DNA of 64,000 bases from an uncultured delta proteobacterium (lineage in GTDB: Bacteria; Desulfobacterota; Binatia; UBA9968): the NCBI GenBank assembly GCA_963727625.1, contig CAVSHR010000008.1, positions 32,001-96,000 on the forward strand, given 5' to 3'. The notes beneath the pieces were generated by a model. It did not search any database. It was not told where the DNA came from and saw nothing but the letters and a program-made list of their open reading frames with translations. The position numbers and the translations under genes are program-made. Positions within the stretch are counted from its first letter, which is position 1. Each line of letters starts with the position of its first letter. Of the stretch, positions 1 through 9,497 are shown in pieces.

Positions 1-119
1 CGCTGTTTCTGGTGAGCGATGATGCGGATTTTATCCACGGCCATGCCTTGGTGGTCGACGGGGGCGTGATGGCGACGGCGAACTTTCCTCGGGAACAGTT
101 TTCAAAGTCAAGATCGTAG
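1..119 (+). CDS. 3' end of short-chain dehydrogenase/reductase (partial)
   Basis: Frame from base 3 reads LFLVSDDADFIHGHALVVDGG..., the typical SDR C-terminal motif, ending at TAG 117-119. Confidence 0.8.
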   Translation, partial: LFLVSDDADFIHGHALVVDGGVMATANFPREQFSKSRS

Positions 120-328
120 GTGGTCCCCTGGAAACGTTGGAAAAGACACGGGCTCAACGAATCAATACTACCGAGGCGAAAACAACGACAAGATCGTCGC
201 CATGCTCGAAACCGACACTTTGGATGGCGCTTGGAAGATAAAACTCGCGGCTGCGGCAGTCGAGCGTTAGGCGACGCATCGCGCTGATCGACGCGCGTCC
301 AGGTCGATTTGCGGAGCGGTATGGGTGA

Positions 329-1534
329 TCAGCCGAAAAGATCCCAGATGAAGCGAAACGGCGTAAACAGGTCGGCCAGCTTGAACAGGAGCGAGTTGAG
401 AAGACTCGTCCACAAGCCATAGGCTAGGAGTATAACGGCAAGGATTCGCACCTGCGAGCCCAGCCGACAGAGGCCGTCGGCGGTCAGAATGGCGAGGGCG
501 GGAAGCGCCGGAAGAAAGTGTCGCGTTTGGTATCCCTGCCCGGTCAAGCCAAAAACCGTTAGCGGAATCAAATAGCACAGCACCCAGATTGGCTCCAACA
601 GCGACTCTTTTTTTCTCAAGCGCTCGACAAACGCAAAGCAGCCAAAAAGATAGATCGGTGCCAGCAGCACCAAGTGCGACAAGTAGAAGTGCCAGCTGCG
701 GTTGACCATCATCCGGATAAATGGAATTTTCAAATTCTCGGCGGCAATCTCGCTGCCGCGAAAAATGGCGCCGGTCACGTTGTAGAAATAGACGTACCAG
801 GGCGCGGCAATGAGCGTCGCCGCAACTCCGAAAAACCAGCAAGCTGGTCGGAGAACTTTTACTCCAAGCGGCCTTGAAGTAGAGATAAATCAACGCTGGC
901 AGGATCAAAATCGCGGTCTCCTTGGTGAGCAAGGCGAAGCCAAAGAGTACGCCGGCGAGAACGAAGAACCCGGGCCGTCGCTTGTCGACGGCGACGACGA
1001 AGAGCAGTACCGTCAAGATCACCAGTAGGGTCAATAGGGCGTCGATCAAGATGCGTACCGATGCGAAAAGCAGGACCGGGCAAAAGGCCAGCACGAGCGC
1101 GGTCAGGACTGCGCTATGAGGGCGGGCCATGAGTTTTTTGGCCGCCAAGAAGGTCGCGCCTATTATCCCCAGTCCCGACAAAAGGGGCAGCCAAAGCTCG
1201 GCCCGGAACGCGCCGAAAAAAGCCAGCAGGTAAACAAACAAGGGAGGGTGGAGAAAGAGCGGCTGGTCGTAGGTTTCCTTCGGAAGTTTCGACAGCAGGG
1301 CGGTTCCCTGCAACGTGTAATCAAAAAGTTTTTGGAAATTTTATCGGCAAGCGTGAGGTAAATAAGTTCGTCAGCCTCGCTGTGGTCGAGAAAGAAGGTG
1401 GAGAGTCGCAAAACCAAGGCGAACAGCAAAATCGCGACTATTGAAAGCGAAAAGCTTATCGTGATTGAGTCATCGGCTGTAAGCTTGAGCTCGGCGATTT
1501 TGTGGTGGTTGGATGAGGTTCGGGCTTTGCTCAA
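329..1534 (-). pseudogene. GT-C (ArnT/PMT, family 39-like) membrane glycosyltransferase split by two frameshifts
   Basis: ORFs 1163-1534, 267-1313 and 329-778 join into one polytopic protein with DE (ADELIY), HPPLF, ILIDA and LLTKET motifs; both breaks (~1325, ~830) fall in T homopolymers, so it may be intact in vivo. Confidence 0.75.
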
Positions 1535-1852
1535 ACTTTCACCTCCCCCGTTCCTGTTTCGGCGCCCGGAGATTGCTCTGTCATCACTCCACAGGTGTTG
1601 TTTGCAACCCCCAGGAGCCGGTGATGGAGACTCCCGGAGATTCTCGCCGGCGGGCTTCGGGTATGGGAAATCGAATTCCGATGACTCTCATGATCGAGCG
1701 ATTCCCGCGGAGCAGTCGGGACCATTGGTCTGGCAAACAGATTAGCCAAGGCTGAATGAGCTGAATGAATTGTCCAACAGATTGTCGGCGGACGAGAGGG
1801 TCTCCGGCGAGCGGTTGTTGCCACTGGGGATTTGTGCAAAGTTAAGCCGATC

Positions 1853-2881
1853 ATGAAGCCGAAAATTGCCGGCGCAGCGGGTAGCGAGAAGATGGATCCG
1901 TTGGCCGACGCGGAAGCCGGGCGACCCGCACAAACGAACGCAATCGACGGGTTCTCGGTGGCGGTGATCATTCCCTGCTACAACGAGGAAGCGGCTATTG
2001 GAAGGGTCGTGCGTGATTTTCGTCAGCGTCTGCCTTCGGCCCGAATTTATATCTACGACAACGGCTCCTCGGATAGAACGGCGGAGATTGCCAGCGCGGC
2101 CGGCGCGACCGTGCGCTCGGAACCTATGCGCGGCAAGGGCAATGTGGTCCGGCGCATGTTTTCCGATGTCGATGCCGACATTTACGTGATGACGGACGGT
2201 GACGAGACCTACGACGCCTCCAGTTCGCGGCTGATGATCGAGGCCTTGATCAGCGGCAACCTCGACATGGTTGTCGGCACGCGCCTGGATTCAACGAGCA
2301 ACGGCCTCTTTCCTGCAGGTCATCGGTGGGGCAACGCGGCGCTCACATGGTTTGTCGGCGTTCTCTTCGGCAAACGATTCCGTGACGTGCTTTCAGGTTA
2401 CCGGGTTTTGTCGAAACGATTTGTGAAATCCTTTCCCGGTTTGTCCACCGGGTTTGAGATTGAAACCGAGCTGACGATTCACGCGCTCGAACTGCGGATG
2501 CCGGTGGGGGAGATCGAGACGCCTTACTTCGAACGGCCCGACGGGTCGTCAAGCAAACTCGCGACCCTTCCCGACGGCCTCAAGATCCTGTGGACGATCA
2601 TAAACTTGCTGAGGGAATTGAGGCCGTTGTTTTTCTTCGGGAGCGTCGCCTCGGTCTTGGCTGTATTGGCTATCGTTCTAACCTATCCTCTTCTCGGCAC
2701 CTACTTGGAAACCGGCCTTGTGCCGCGATTCCCAACCGCGATATTGGCGACCGGCGTGATGATTCTATCCTTTGTAAGTTTCACCTGTGGCATCATACTC
2801 GATAATGTTTCTAGCGGCCGGTGGGAAGCCAAGCGGATGCGCTATCTTTCGATCCCTTCGGTTCTCAATTCCCCTTCCTGA
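1853..2881 (+). CDS. Glycosyltransferase family 2 (polyprenol-phosphate sugar transferase-like) with C-terminal TM helices
   Basis: IIPCYNEE, YDNGSSD, GKGNVVR, DGD and GFEIETE motifs; divergent from the GT-C gene. Confidence 0.9.
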   Translation: MKPKIAGAAGSEKMDPLADAEAGRPAQTNAIDGFSVAVIIPCYNEEAAIGRVVRDFRQRLPSARIYIYDNGSSDRTAEIASAAGATVRSEPMRGKGNVVRRMFSDVDADIYVMTDGDETYDASSSRLMIEALISGNLDMVVGTRLDSTSNGLFPAGHRWGNAALTWFVGVLFGKRFRDVLSGYRVLSKRFVKSFPGLSTGFEIETELTIHALELRMPVGEIETPYFERPDGSSSKLATLPDGLKILWTIINLLRELRPLFFFGSVASVLAVLAIVLTYPLLGTYLETGLVPRFPTAILATGVMILSFVSFTCGIILDNVSSGRWEAKRMRYLSIPSVLNSPS

Positions 2882-3455
2882 GGAGTCGGTTTTCGGCCGC
2901 GATCTTATGACCCACCACCTGCGCTACAATCCTTATTTACACACCGCGCAGACTTTTCGCCTGAGGGTCGAGGCGCTGGCATTTCCGCAACTGATTGGAC
3001 GCCTTTCGAGATGATGCCCGCTCCAGCAGACGATCCTCCGCCAATTTTATTGCCGACTCAGTCCGAGGTGCTCGAAGCTCAAGCCATAGTGCGTAAGGGC
3101 CGCGCGAACCGATGCACCGCTACAACTCATTTTGCTAAATCCCAATAGCAGCGATGGGCTGCCCCTTCAGCAGGTCGGCCCATTGCGCGGGGCTCACGCC
3201 GATCGACGTGGTGACTCTTTTCGGGCCTGAAACCCCGCGTCTTTTTCGGGCCCGTACACCGAGGAATCGCCTGTTCCGGCAGGGTTAGCTTGTAGTCCCC
3301 GCGTGAGCGCGTTGAACCAGAAGTCGTCTTCGTGTCAGAACAACGTGTGCAGTGCATCGAAGTCGACGCCGTGTTAGACAAGGTCCGCGAAGTTTTTGAG
3401 GCGAGGCTAAATTCGCAGGCTTCGGGGAACTGCGAGGGCCAAGTTCGCCGTCGGC

Positions 3456-3956
3456 GTGTGGGCGCATAGAGCGTGGCTCTGCGTGTTCCCGGCTTTGTAC
3501 CTTTTTGCGCTCTACCAATTAACGATCACTCTCCCCGGCATCCCGGTACATCGTTTTACCACCGGTTGGAAAGAATTGAGTGCGATCGTCGAGCAGGAAG
3601 CCCGTTCCTTTGAAATCGAAAGCGGTAAACAGGTATCCCTCCTTGGATTGGACAGTCGCTAAGTGGCTTCCGCCCGTTCGTTCTACACCACCGACGAACG
3701 GGAGGTCTTTTCTCGCAACCTCGTGGGCAAACAAGCGTTGGCCTTCGAGTATTGTACGGCAAAACTAAATTCCACGGGTTTCAATGCTCTCGCGGTGGAC
3801 GTAAATTCGCCGAAACTTGAATTCCTTTAGAGGTATTTCACGCGGGTCGATAGTCATGTTCAACGAATTGCTGTCACGAAAGGTAACAGGATTCTGCAGC
3901 ATTTTATTCTGGTGAAGTGCCATGGCTCCTTAGGGAGTCGTAATACATGGCGATGA
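3456..3956 (+). pseudogene. Decayed C-terminal fragment of a GT-C/ArnT-like membrane protein
   Basis: One frame reads through in-frame stops (3660-3662 and ~3828): TM segment, GWKELSAIV, FYTT, VFSRNLVGKQALAFEY. Confidence 0.45.
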
Positions 3957-4022
3957 TTCCGAGCGCTCACGATTGGCTGGCCCCCGACTTTCGACCGATA
4001 ACCTCGCAATGCGGCGTCGGGT

Positions 4023-5117
4023 TTACGACAGTTCACTTTTCAACCAATTGATGATCGTCGGAAAAGTCTCGGGTGTCTGTCCCATGTGGCCGCCAGGAAA
4101 GATGCGCGCGGATTTGGGTGTGCCGTGTTCGAGAAGAATCTGTAGATCAGCGAGCGGCGTTTGCAGGTCATTTTTGCCGTTGACCAGCAGCATGGGACAG
4201 GAAGGTTTTTCCAACCAGCCCTGGTCCTTGAGCGAAAGCGCCGACCAGGGTTGCGCCAGTTCTTCGAGGCCGTCGACACCGAAAAGGCGGCAGCGGGCGA
4301 TGTCGTGGTCCATTAAATAACTCTCCGCGTTGGTCGATTCGCGCAGCCAATCTTCCTGGAAAAAGTAATGCACGCCGCCGCCCCAGACCACCGCGGCGCG
4401 CAGCTGTTTGGCTTCGACGTGGGCCATCTTGGCGGCCCAGTAGCCACCGAAGCTTCGCCCCATGATGGCAATTCTTTTGGCATCGATCTCCGGACGCCGC
4501 GCTACGAAATCGATCACGGCGCTGAAGATCGACTCCGCCGTCGGCGACGCTTTGATCGGACACTCGCCAACGCCCGGCATGTCCACAGCGCACGTCGCCA
4601 TGCCGGCCTTCTGCAAACCTTCGTCATACTCGTAGCTTTCCGCTTTGAAAGAATCGATGCCGCCGAAGTTGATGACGATGGCTTGTCTCTGTCCGTCCTT
4701 CGGAACGCGCAGGTAAACGGGAATTGTCTTTTCGCCGTACGGAATCTTGATTCTTTCCAGCGGCGGGTCAAAATATTTCCCGGCTTTCTCGTAGAGCTCA
4801 AGGCTCTTGCGGAAACAGGCGAGCTTTCCCGGTGTGTGCGGCGTCGGGTAGCGGCCGGTGGCGTAGTACGCGTAGGCCTGGATATAAGCTTGGCGGGCTT
4901 CGGCAAACTTGCCGGCCAGTTCCAGCTCGGCGCCTTTTTCTTCGTAGGGTTTGGCCACCCGCGCCCACTCCCTGGCCCAAAGCTCCGGATCCTTGCTGGT
5001 TAATCGGGCCAGCACGGATTCCACGTCGTTGCGCTTGGCGAGGCGAAAGGTGTTGCGTTTGCCGGTGCGCTCGCGCACCATCGTTTTAATCTCATCGAGA
5101 GTTTTAACTCGGCCCAT
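4023..5117 (-). CDS. Alpha/beta hydrolase (FrsA/DUF1100, dihydroxypseudooxynicotine hydrolase-like)
   Basis: GGIDSFK, DMPGVG, nucleophile GRSFGG, GKND and GGHMG motifs. Confidence 0.85.
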   Translation of the reverse strand: MGRVKTLDEIKTMVRERTGKRNTFRLAKRNDVESVLARLTSKDPELWAREWARVAKPYEEKGAELELAGKFAEARQAYIQAYAYYATGRYPTPHTPGKLACFRKSLELYEKAGKYFDPPLERIKIPYGEKTIPVYLRVPKDGQRQAIVINFGGIDSFKAESYEYDEGLQKAGMATCAVDMPGVGECPIKASPTAESIFSAVIDFVARRPEIDAKRIAIMGRSFGGYWAAKMAHVEAKQLRAAVVWGGGVHYFFQEDWLRESTNAESYLMDHDIARCRLFGVDGLEELAQPWSALSLKDQGWLEKPSCPMLLVNGKNDLQTPLADLQILLEHGTPKSARIFPGGHMGQTPETFPTIINWLKSELS

Positions 5118-5344
5118 GGCTGCCTCCGCGGAAAGGGTCCAGTCGTTCCAGCTGTTTAAAGCGCTTGCGTTGATTCAGGTGTTGCTGCACCGTCGTGTAC
5201 TACCCCCGGTCGGCAACATCAAGCCCTATGAGTTGTCGGCATGGGAGCGCAACCGGGGCCTTTTGAGGCGTTCCTTCATTGCGCGGTGTTTCTGACGCCC
5301 GGCTATCACGGCCATGGCGGGGCCGGAAAAATTTCTGCCAAACC

Positions 5345-5415
5345 CGCATCATATTGGCAGGGGAAGGATTAAATGCTATTGGAGATGCTATCCGTGATAT
5401 ATTCGATCCGTGGAT
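5345..5415 (+). pseudogene. Possible relic of an OppC/DppC permease C-terminus
   Basis: Reads [15 protein letters not shown], matching the NxxGDxxRDxxDP end motif of OppC/DppC, directly upstream of oppD. Confidence 0.45.
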
Positions 5416-5475
5416 GTTCAAACGAGTACGTGGAAACCGAACCACCGGGATTCATCGCTCGCGATCGTTTCAAAC

Positions 5476-6471
5476 ATGGCTGATCTGCTTCAGGTTAAAA
5501 ATCTTCAGACCTCTTTTTTCACGCCCGAGGGAGAAGTTCACGCCATCGACGGCGTGAGCTTCGAAATCGGCGAAAGTAAAACCATCGGTCTGGTCGGCGA
5601 GTCCGGTTGCGGCAAGAGCGTGACTTCTCTATCGATCATGCGCCTGATCCCGTCTCCGCCGGGGAAGATCGTCGGTGGCGAAATTCTTTACCGCGACCGC
5701 GATCTTTTGAAGCTCAGCAACGAAGAGATGCGCAAGATTCGCGGCAACGAAATCTCGATGATCTTTCAGGAGCCGATGACCTCGCTCAATCCGGTATTTA
5801 CGGTCGGCAATCAGATTGGCGAAGCGATTCGATTGCACCAGGGCTTGGGCAAAAAAGCGACCCGGGAAAAAACCATACAGATGTTGCGATTGGTCAAGAT
5901 CGCCGACCCTGAATCGCGCGTCGACGCCTATCCGCATCAATTGAGCGGCGGCATGCGCCAACGCGTCATGATCGCCATGGCACTGTCGTGCAACCCCTCT
6001 CTGTTGATTGCCGATGAGCCGACGACTGCGCTGGACGTGACCATACAGGCGCAGATTCTCGACCTGATGAAGGAACTGCAGCAAAAGATTGGCATGGCCT
6101 TGCTCTTGATCACCCATGACCTTGGCGTCGTGGCGGAGCAAGCCGACGAGGTGGCGATCATGTACGCCGGTAAGATCGTCGAGCGCGCGAATACTCGGGC
6201 GATCTTCAGCCGTCCATTTCACCCGTACACAGTAGGCCTGCTGAACTCGCTGCCGGGCGCCGGCGTGCTCAAGAAGAAGCGGCTTGATGCGATTCCGGGT
6301 GTGGTGCCGAGTCCTCTCAATCTGCCGAGCGGCTGCCGTTTCCGCGACCGCTGTCCCAAAGCCGCGGAGCTTTGCGCCCAGACCGAGCCGCAGCTGGTGG
6401 AGAAAGAGTCGGGGCATACCGTCGCTTGCCACTTTCCGCACACGGAGATGAGACAAGAGGCGATTGTCTAA
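5476..6471 (+). CDS. oppD: Oligopeptide/dipeptide ABC transporter ATP-binding subunit (OppD/DppD)
   Basis: [39 protein letters not shown] and C-terminal Cys cluster. Confidence 0.92.
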   Translation: MADLLQVKNLQTSFFTPEGEVHAIDGVSFEIGESKTIGLVGESGCGKSVTSLSIMRLIPSPPGKIVGGEILYRDRDLLKLSNEEMRKIRGNEISMIFQEPMTSLNPVFTVGNQIGEAIRLHQGLGKKATREKTIQMLRLVKIADPESRVDAYPHQLSGGMRQRVMIAMALSCNPSLLIADEPTTALDVTIQAQILDLMKELQQKIGMALLLITHDLGVVAEQADEVAIMYAGKIVERANTRAIFSRPFHPYTVGLLNSLPGAGVLKKKRLDAIPGVVPSPLNLPSGCRFRDRCPKAAELCAQTEPQLVEKESGHTVACHFPHTEMRQEAIV

Positions 6472-6563
6472 ATTGAAAACAGCAGCTGCGTACCGTCAGG
6501 AAATCAGTATCGGCAAGGATATAGGTTGGAATCGCCGCAGGGAAACTGCCATTAGATAAGAAC

Positions 6564-7541
6564 ATGAGTTTGCTCGAAATTCGTAATCTGAAAAAACATT
6601 TCCCGGTCGGCGGCGGCTTTCTCTCACGCAACAAGGATAGCTTAAAAGCCGTCGATGGCGTGACTCTGTCGGTCAATGAAGGCGAGACTCTCGGCTTGGT
6701 CGGTGAATCGGGCTGCGGCAAATCGACCCTGGGGCGGGCGATTTTGCGGCTCATCGAGCCCACCGCTGGTGAAGTCATCTTTGAAGGCAAGAATTTATTA
6801 GCCATGTCGGGACGCGAGCTGCGCGATATGCGCCGGGAAATGCAAATCATCTTTCAGGATCCTTACGCGTCGCTCAATCCGCGCATGCGCGTCGGCGATA
6901 TCGTCGGCGAAGGATTGGAAATCCACAACCTCGCCAAGGGCAAGGCCAAACGGGAACGGGTCATGGAATTACTTCATCAGGTCGGCCTCCGTGACGACCA
7001 TTATGCCCGCTACCCGCATGAGTTTAGCGGCGGCCAGCGCCAGCGCATTGGCATCGCCCGGGCGCTTGCGGTAAGCCCCAAATTTATCGTCTGCGACGAG
7101 CCGGTGTCGTCGCTCGACGTGTCGATTCAAGCGCAGATCATCAATCTCTTGCAGGAGCTGCAAGAGAAGATGCATCTGACCTACCTGTTCATTTCCCATG
7201 ATCTTCGGGTGGTCGAGCATATCAGCCATCGGGTGGCGATCATGTATTTGGGCAAGGTCGTCGAGATCGCCAATGGTGAGACGATCTACCGCGACGCCAA
7301 GCATCCTTACACCCGCGCGCTGCTCTCCGCCGTGCCGATCCCCGACACCGGTCAAAAAAAAGAACGAATCGTGCTCGAGGGCGACGTGCCGAGCCCGGTG
7401 AATCCGCCGCCTGGTTGTGCTTTTCATCCGCGTTGCGCCTACCGCGAGGCGCTGTGCAGTCAAAGCGAACCGAGCTTGGATTTCGACGCCGCTGGCCACG
7501 GCGTGGCCTGCCATGTTTTCGGTCCGGTGAAGCGGGCGTAG
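6564..7541 (+). CDS. oppF: Oligopeptide/dipeptide ABC transporter ATP-binding subunit (OppF/DppF)
   Basis: [31 protein letters not shown] and GCAFHPRC. Confidence 0.92.
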   Translation: MSLLEIRNLKKHFPVGGGFLSRNKDSLKAVDGVTLSVNEGETLGLVGESGCGKSTLGRAILRLIEPTAGEVIFEGKNLLAMSGRELRDMRREMQIIFQDPYASLNPRMRVGDIVGEGLEIHNLAKGKAKRERVMELLHQVGLRDDHYARYPHEFSGGQRQRIGIARALAVSPKFIVCDEPVSSLDVSIQAQIINLLQELQEKMHLTYLFISHDLRVVEHISHRVAIMYLGKVVEIANGETIYRDAKHPYTRALLSAVPIPDTGQKKERIVLEGDVPSPVNPPPGCAFHPRCAYREALCSQSEPSLDFDAAGHGVACHVFGPVKRA

Positions 7542-7634
7542 GCGGCGCTTGATATTGATTCGCTAATTTCGACTTCTGCGGCGCTGAGGCCGATTCGCTG
7601 GTTCCTTGCCGCCGTGCTTCGTTAAAAATTTCCC

Positions 7635-8846
7635 ATGAAAGACGAAATGGCACCGGTTGCCGCGCTCTTGGGTGAGGCCGAGCGTTTTCTTCCCGAAGTG
7701 GTGCAGCTGCGGCGGCAACTGCACCGGCGGCCGGAGACGGGGCTCGATTTGCCGAAGACGCAGGCCGCGGTCTGCGCGGCTCTTGACGGTCTCGGTCTGG
7801 AAATTTCTTTAGGTCGGCAACTGTCGTCGGTGGTCGCGGTTTTGGACGGCGCTCAACCGGGCGCGACGGTGCTCCTGCGGGCCGATATGGACGCGCTCAA
7901 ATTGCGCGAAGCGACCGGGCTCAAATTCGCTTCTGAGATCGACGGTGGGATGCATGCCTGCGGTCATGATTTTCATACCGCCATGTTGGCCGGCGCCGCG
8001 CGTTTGCTAGCGGCGCGGCGAGATCGACTTGCCGGCCGGGTGATTTTCGCATTTCAACCCGGAGAGGAAGGCTACGCGGGCGCGCGCCTGATGATCGGGG
8101 AAGGCTTGCTCGAACGCTTCGGCAAACCGGCGGCGGCTTTTGCGCTGCACGTGGCGCCGACCCATCCTTGCGGCGAGATTGCGATCCGAGCGGGTCCGGT
8201 CATGGCGGGCGCCGGCAATTTCTCGATCGTGGTCAATGGCCGCGCCGGCCATCCGGCGCTGCCTTATCAGGCGATCGATCCGATTCCCATCGCCGCCGAA
8301 ATCGTGATTGCCCTTCAGACTTACGTCACCCGGCGGGTCCGGGTTTTCGAGCCGGCCGTCGTTACCGTAACATCATTTCAAGCCGGTTCGAGCGAAGTCG
8401 GCGCGATTCCCGCTTCCGCCGCCTTGAACGGCACGATCCGCGCCGTTGCCGAGGAAACTCGTTTGCAATTGTTTGCCGCGGTGCGCGAGCTCGCCGTCAA
8501 CATCGCCGCGGCGCACGGCGCCGCGGCAGCTGTAGAGATCGAGCCGGGCTACCCGCCGGCACTCAACGATCGCGAAATTGTCGACGCCGTAAGTGATGTT
8601 GCCAAACATCTGCTGGGCCCAGAGCGCTTCCGTTTGCTGTCGGCGCCGATCATGCCAAGCGAGGACTTTGCGTATATCTTGGAGCGCGTCCCCGGCGCCA
8701 TAGCCTTTCTCGGCGCTCGACCGACTGGGCCGGGGCCGTTCGCCCATGTGCACTCGCCGCAGTTGTTGCTCAACGAAGATGCCTTGGCGGTGGGCATCGC
8801 GCTGCATTGCGCCGTCGCCCTGCGCTTCGCAACAATGTCGTTTTAG
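7635..8846 (+). CDS. M20 family amidohydrolase (hippurate hydrolase-like)
   Basis: HRRPE, LRADMDAL, MHACGHD, FQPGEEG, SEDF and HSP motifs. Confidence 0.92.
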   Translation: MKDEMAPVAALLGEAERFLPEVVQLRRQLHRRPETGLDLPKTQAAVCAALDGLGLEISLGRQLSSVVAVLDGAQPGATVLLRADMDALKLREATGLKFASEIDGGMHACGHDFHTAMLAGAARLLAARRDRLAGRVIFAFQPGEEGYAGARLMIGEGLLERFGKPAAAFALHVAPTHPCGEIAIRAGPVMAGAGNFSIVVNGRAGHPALPYQAIDPIPIAAEIVIALQTYVTRRVRVFEPAVVTVTSFQAGSSEVGAIPASAALNGTIRAVAEETRLQLFAAVRELAVNIAAAHGAAAAVEIEPGYPPALNDREIVDAVSDVAKHLLGPERFRLLSAPIMPSEDFAYILERVPGAIAFLGARPTGPGPFAHVHSPQLLLNEDALAVGIALHCAVALRFATMSF

Positions 8847-8849
8847 GAG

Positions 8850-8877
8850 TTGAAATAGCCGGTTTCGATGTTAAAAT
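8850..8877 (+). promoter_or_regulatory. Sigma70-type promoter of greA
   Basis: TTGAAA (8850-8855), 16-nt spacer, extended -10 TG-T-TAAAAT (8869-8877). Confidence 0.6.
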
Positions 8878-8918
8878 AAACAAAGAGAGTGGCAGTTCTT
8901 ACATACCGAAGTCTTGTG

Positions 8919-8956
8919 AAGGCCTCTCGGGAGTGATTCCGAGGGGTTTTTATTTT
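8919..8956 (+). terminator. Intrinsic terminator within the greA leader (attenuator-like)
   Basis: Hairpin GGCCTCTCGGGA-GTGA-TTCCGAGGGGTT followed by TTTATTTT, between the promoter and the greA RBS. Confidence 0.7.
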
Positions 8957-8973
8957 GTCCAGGAGTTGACGAC

Positions 8974-9456
8974 ATGGCAGACGCAAGCGTGCCGATGACC
9001 AGCAAGGGATACCAATTTTTGATGGAAGAGTTGAAACGGTTGAAGACCGTCGAGCGGCCGAAAAATATTCGCGATATCGAAGAGGCGCGTGGCCACGGCG
9101 ACCTGTCGGAAAACGCCGAATTTCACGCTGCCAAGGAACGCCAATCGCTGCTCGATGTGCAGATCCGTGAAATGGAAGATAAGCTCGCTCGCGCCCAGGT
9201 GATCGACGTGTCCAAGCTTTCCGGCGACAAAGTCGTTTTTGGCGCCACCGTCTCGCTGGCTGATGGTGATACCGGCGACAAGGTGATATACCAGATTGTC
9301 GGCGACCATGAAGCGGAACCGAAGAACGGCAAGATTTCGATCAGTTCCCCGGTGGCTCGCGCCTTGATCGGCAAGAGCGAGGGAGACGAGGTCCAGGTCC
9401 GCACTCCGACGGGCGTTCGTACGTTTGATATTCTCAGCGTGGAATATATCGATTAG
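8974..9456 (+). CDS. greA: Transcription elongation factor GreA
   Basis: HGDLSENAEFHAAK and ISISSPVARALIGK motifs; AGGAG RBS. Confidence 0.97.
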   Translation: MADASVPMTSKGYQFLMEELKRLKTVERPKNIRDIEEARGHGDLSENAEFHAAKERQSLLDVQIREMEDKLARAQVIDVSKLSGDKVVFGATVSLADGDTGDKVIYQIVGDHEAEPKNGKISISSPVARALIGKSEGDEVQVRTPTGVRTFDILSVEYID

Positions 9457-9497
9457 AGCGCCGTCAGCGGCGGGGCCGGCCCATCTGGAAAGGGAGC

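Noticed and set aside
1531-1971. 146-aa minus-strand ORF between the glycosyltransferases
   Set aside because: No recognisable motif, overlaps the GT2 start and the probable divergent promoter region
4368-5003. 211-aa plus-strand ORF
   Set aside because: Antisense shadow of the alpha/beta hydrolase; expected in GC-rich DNA
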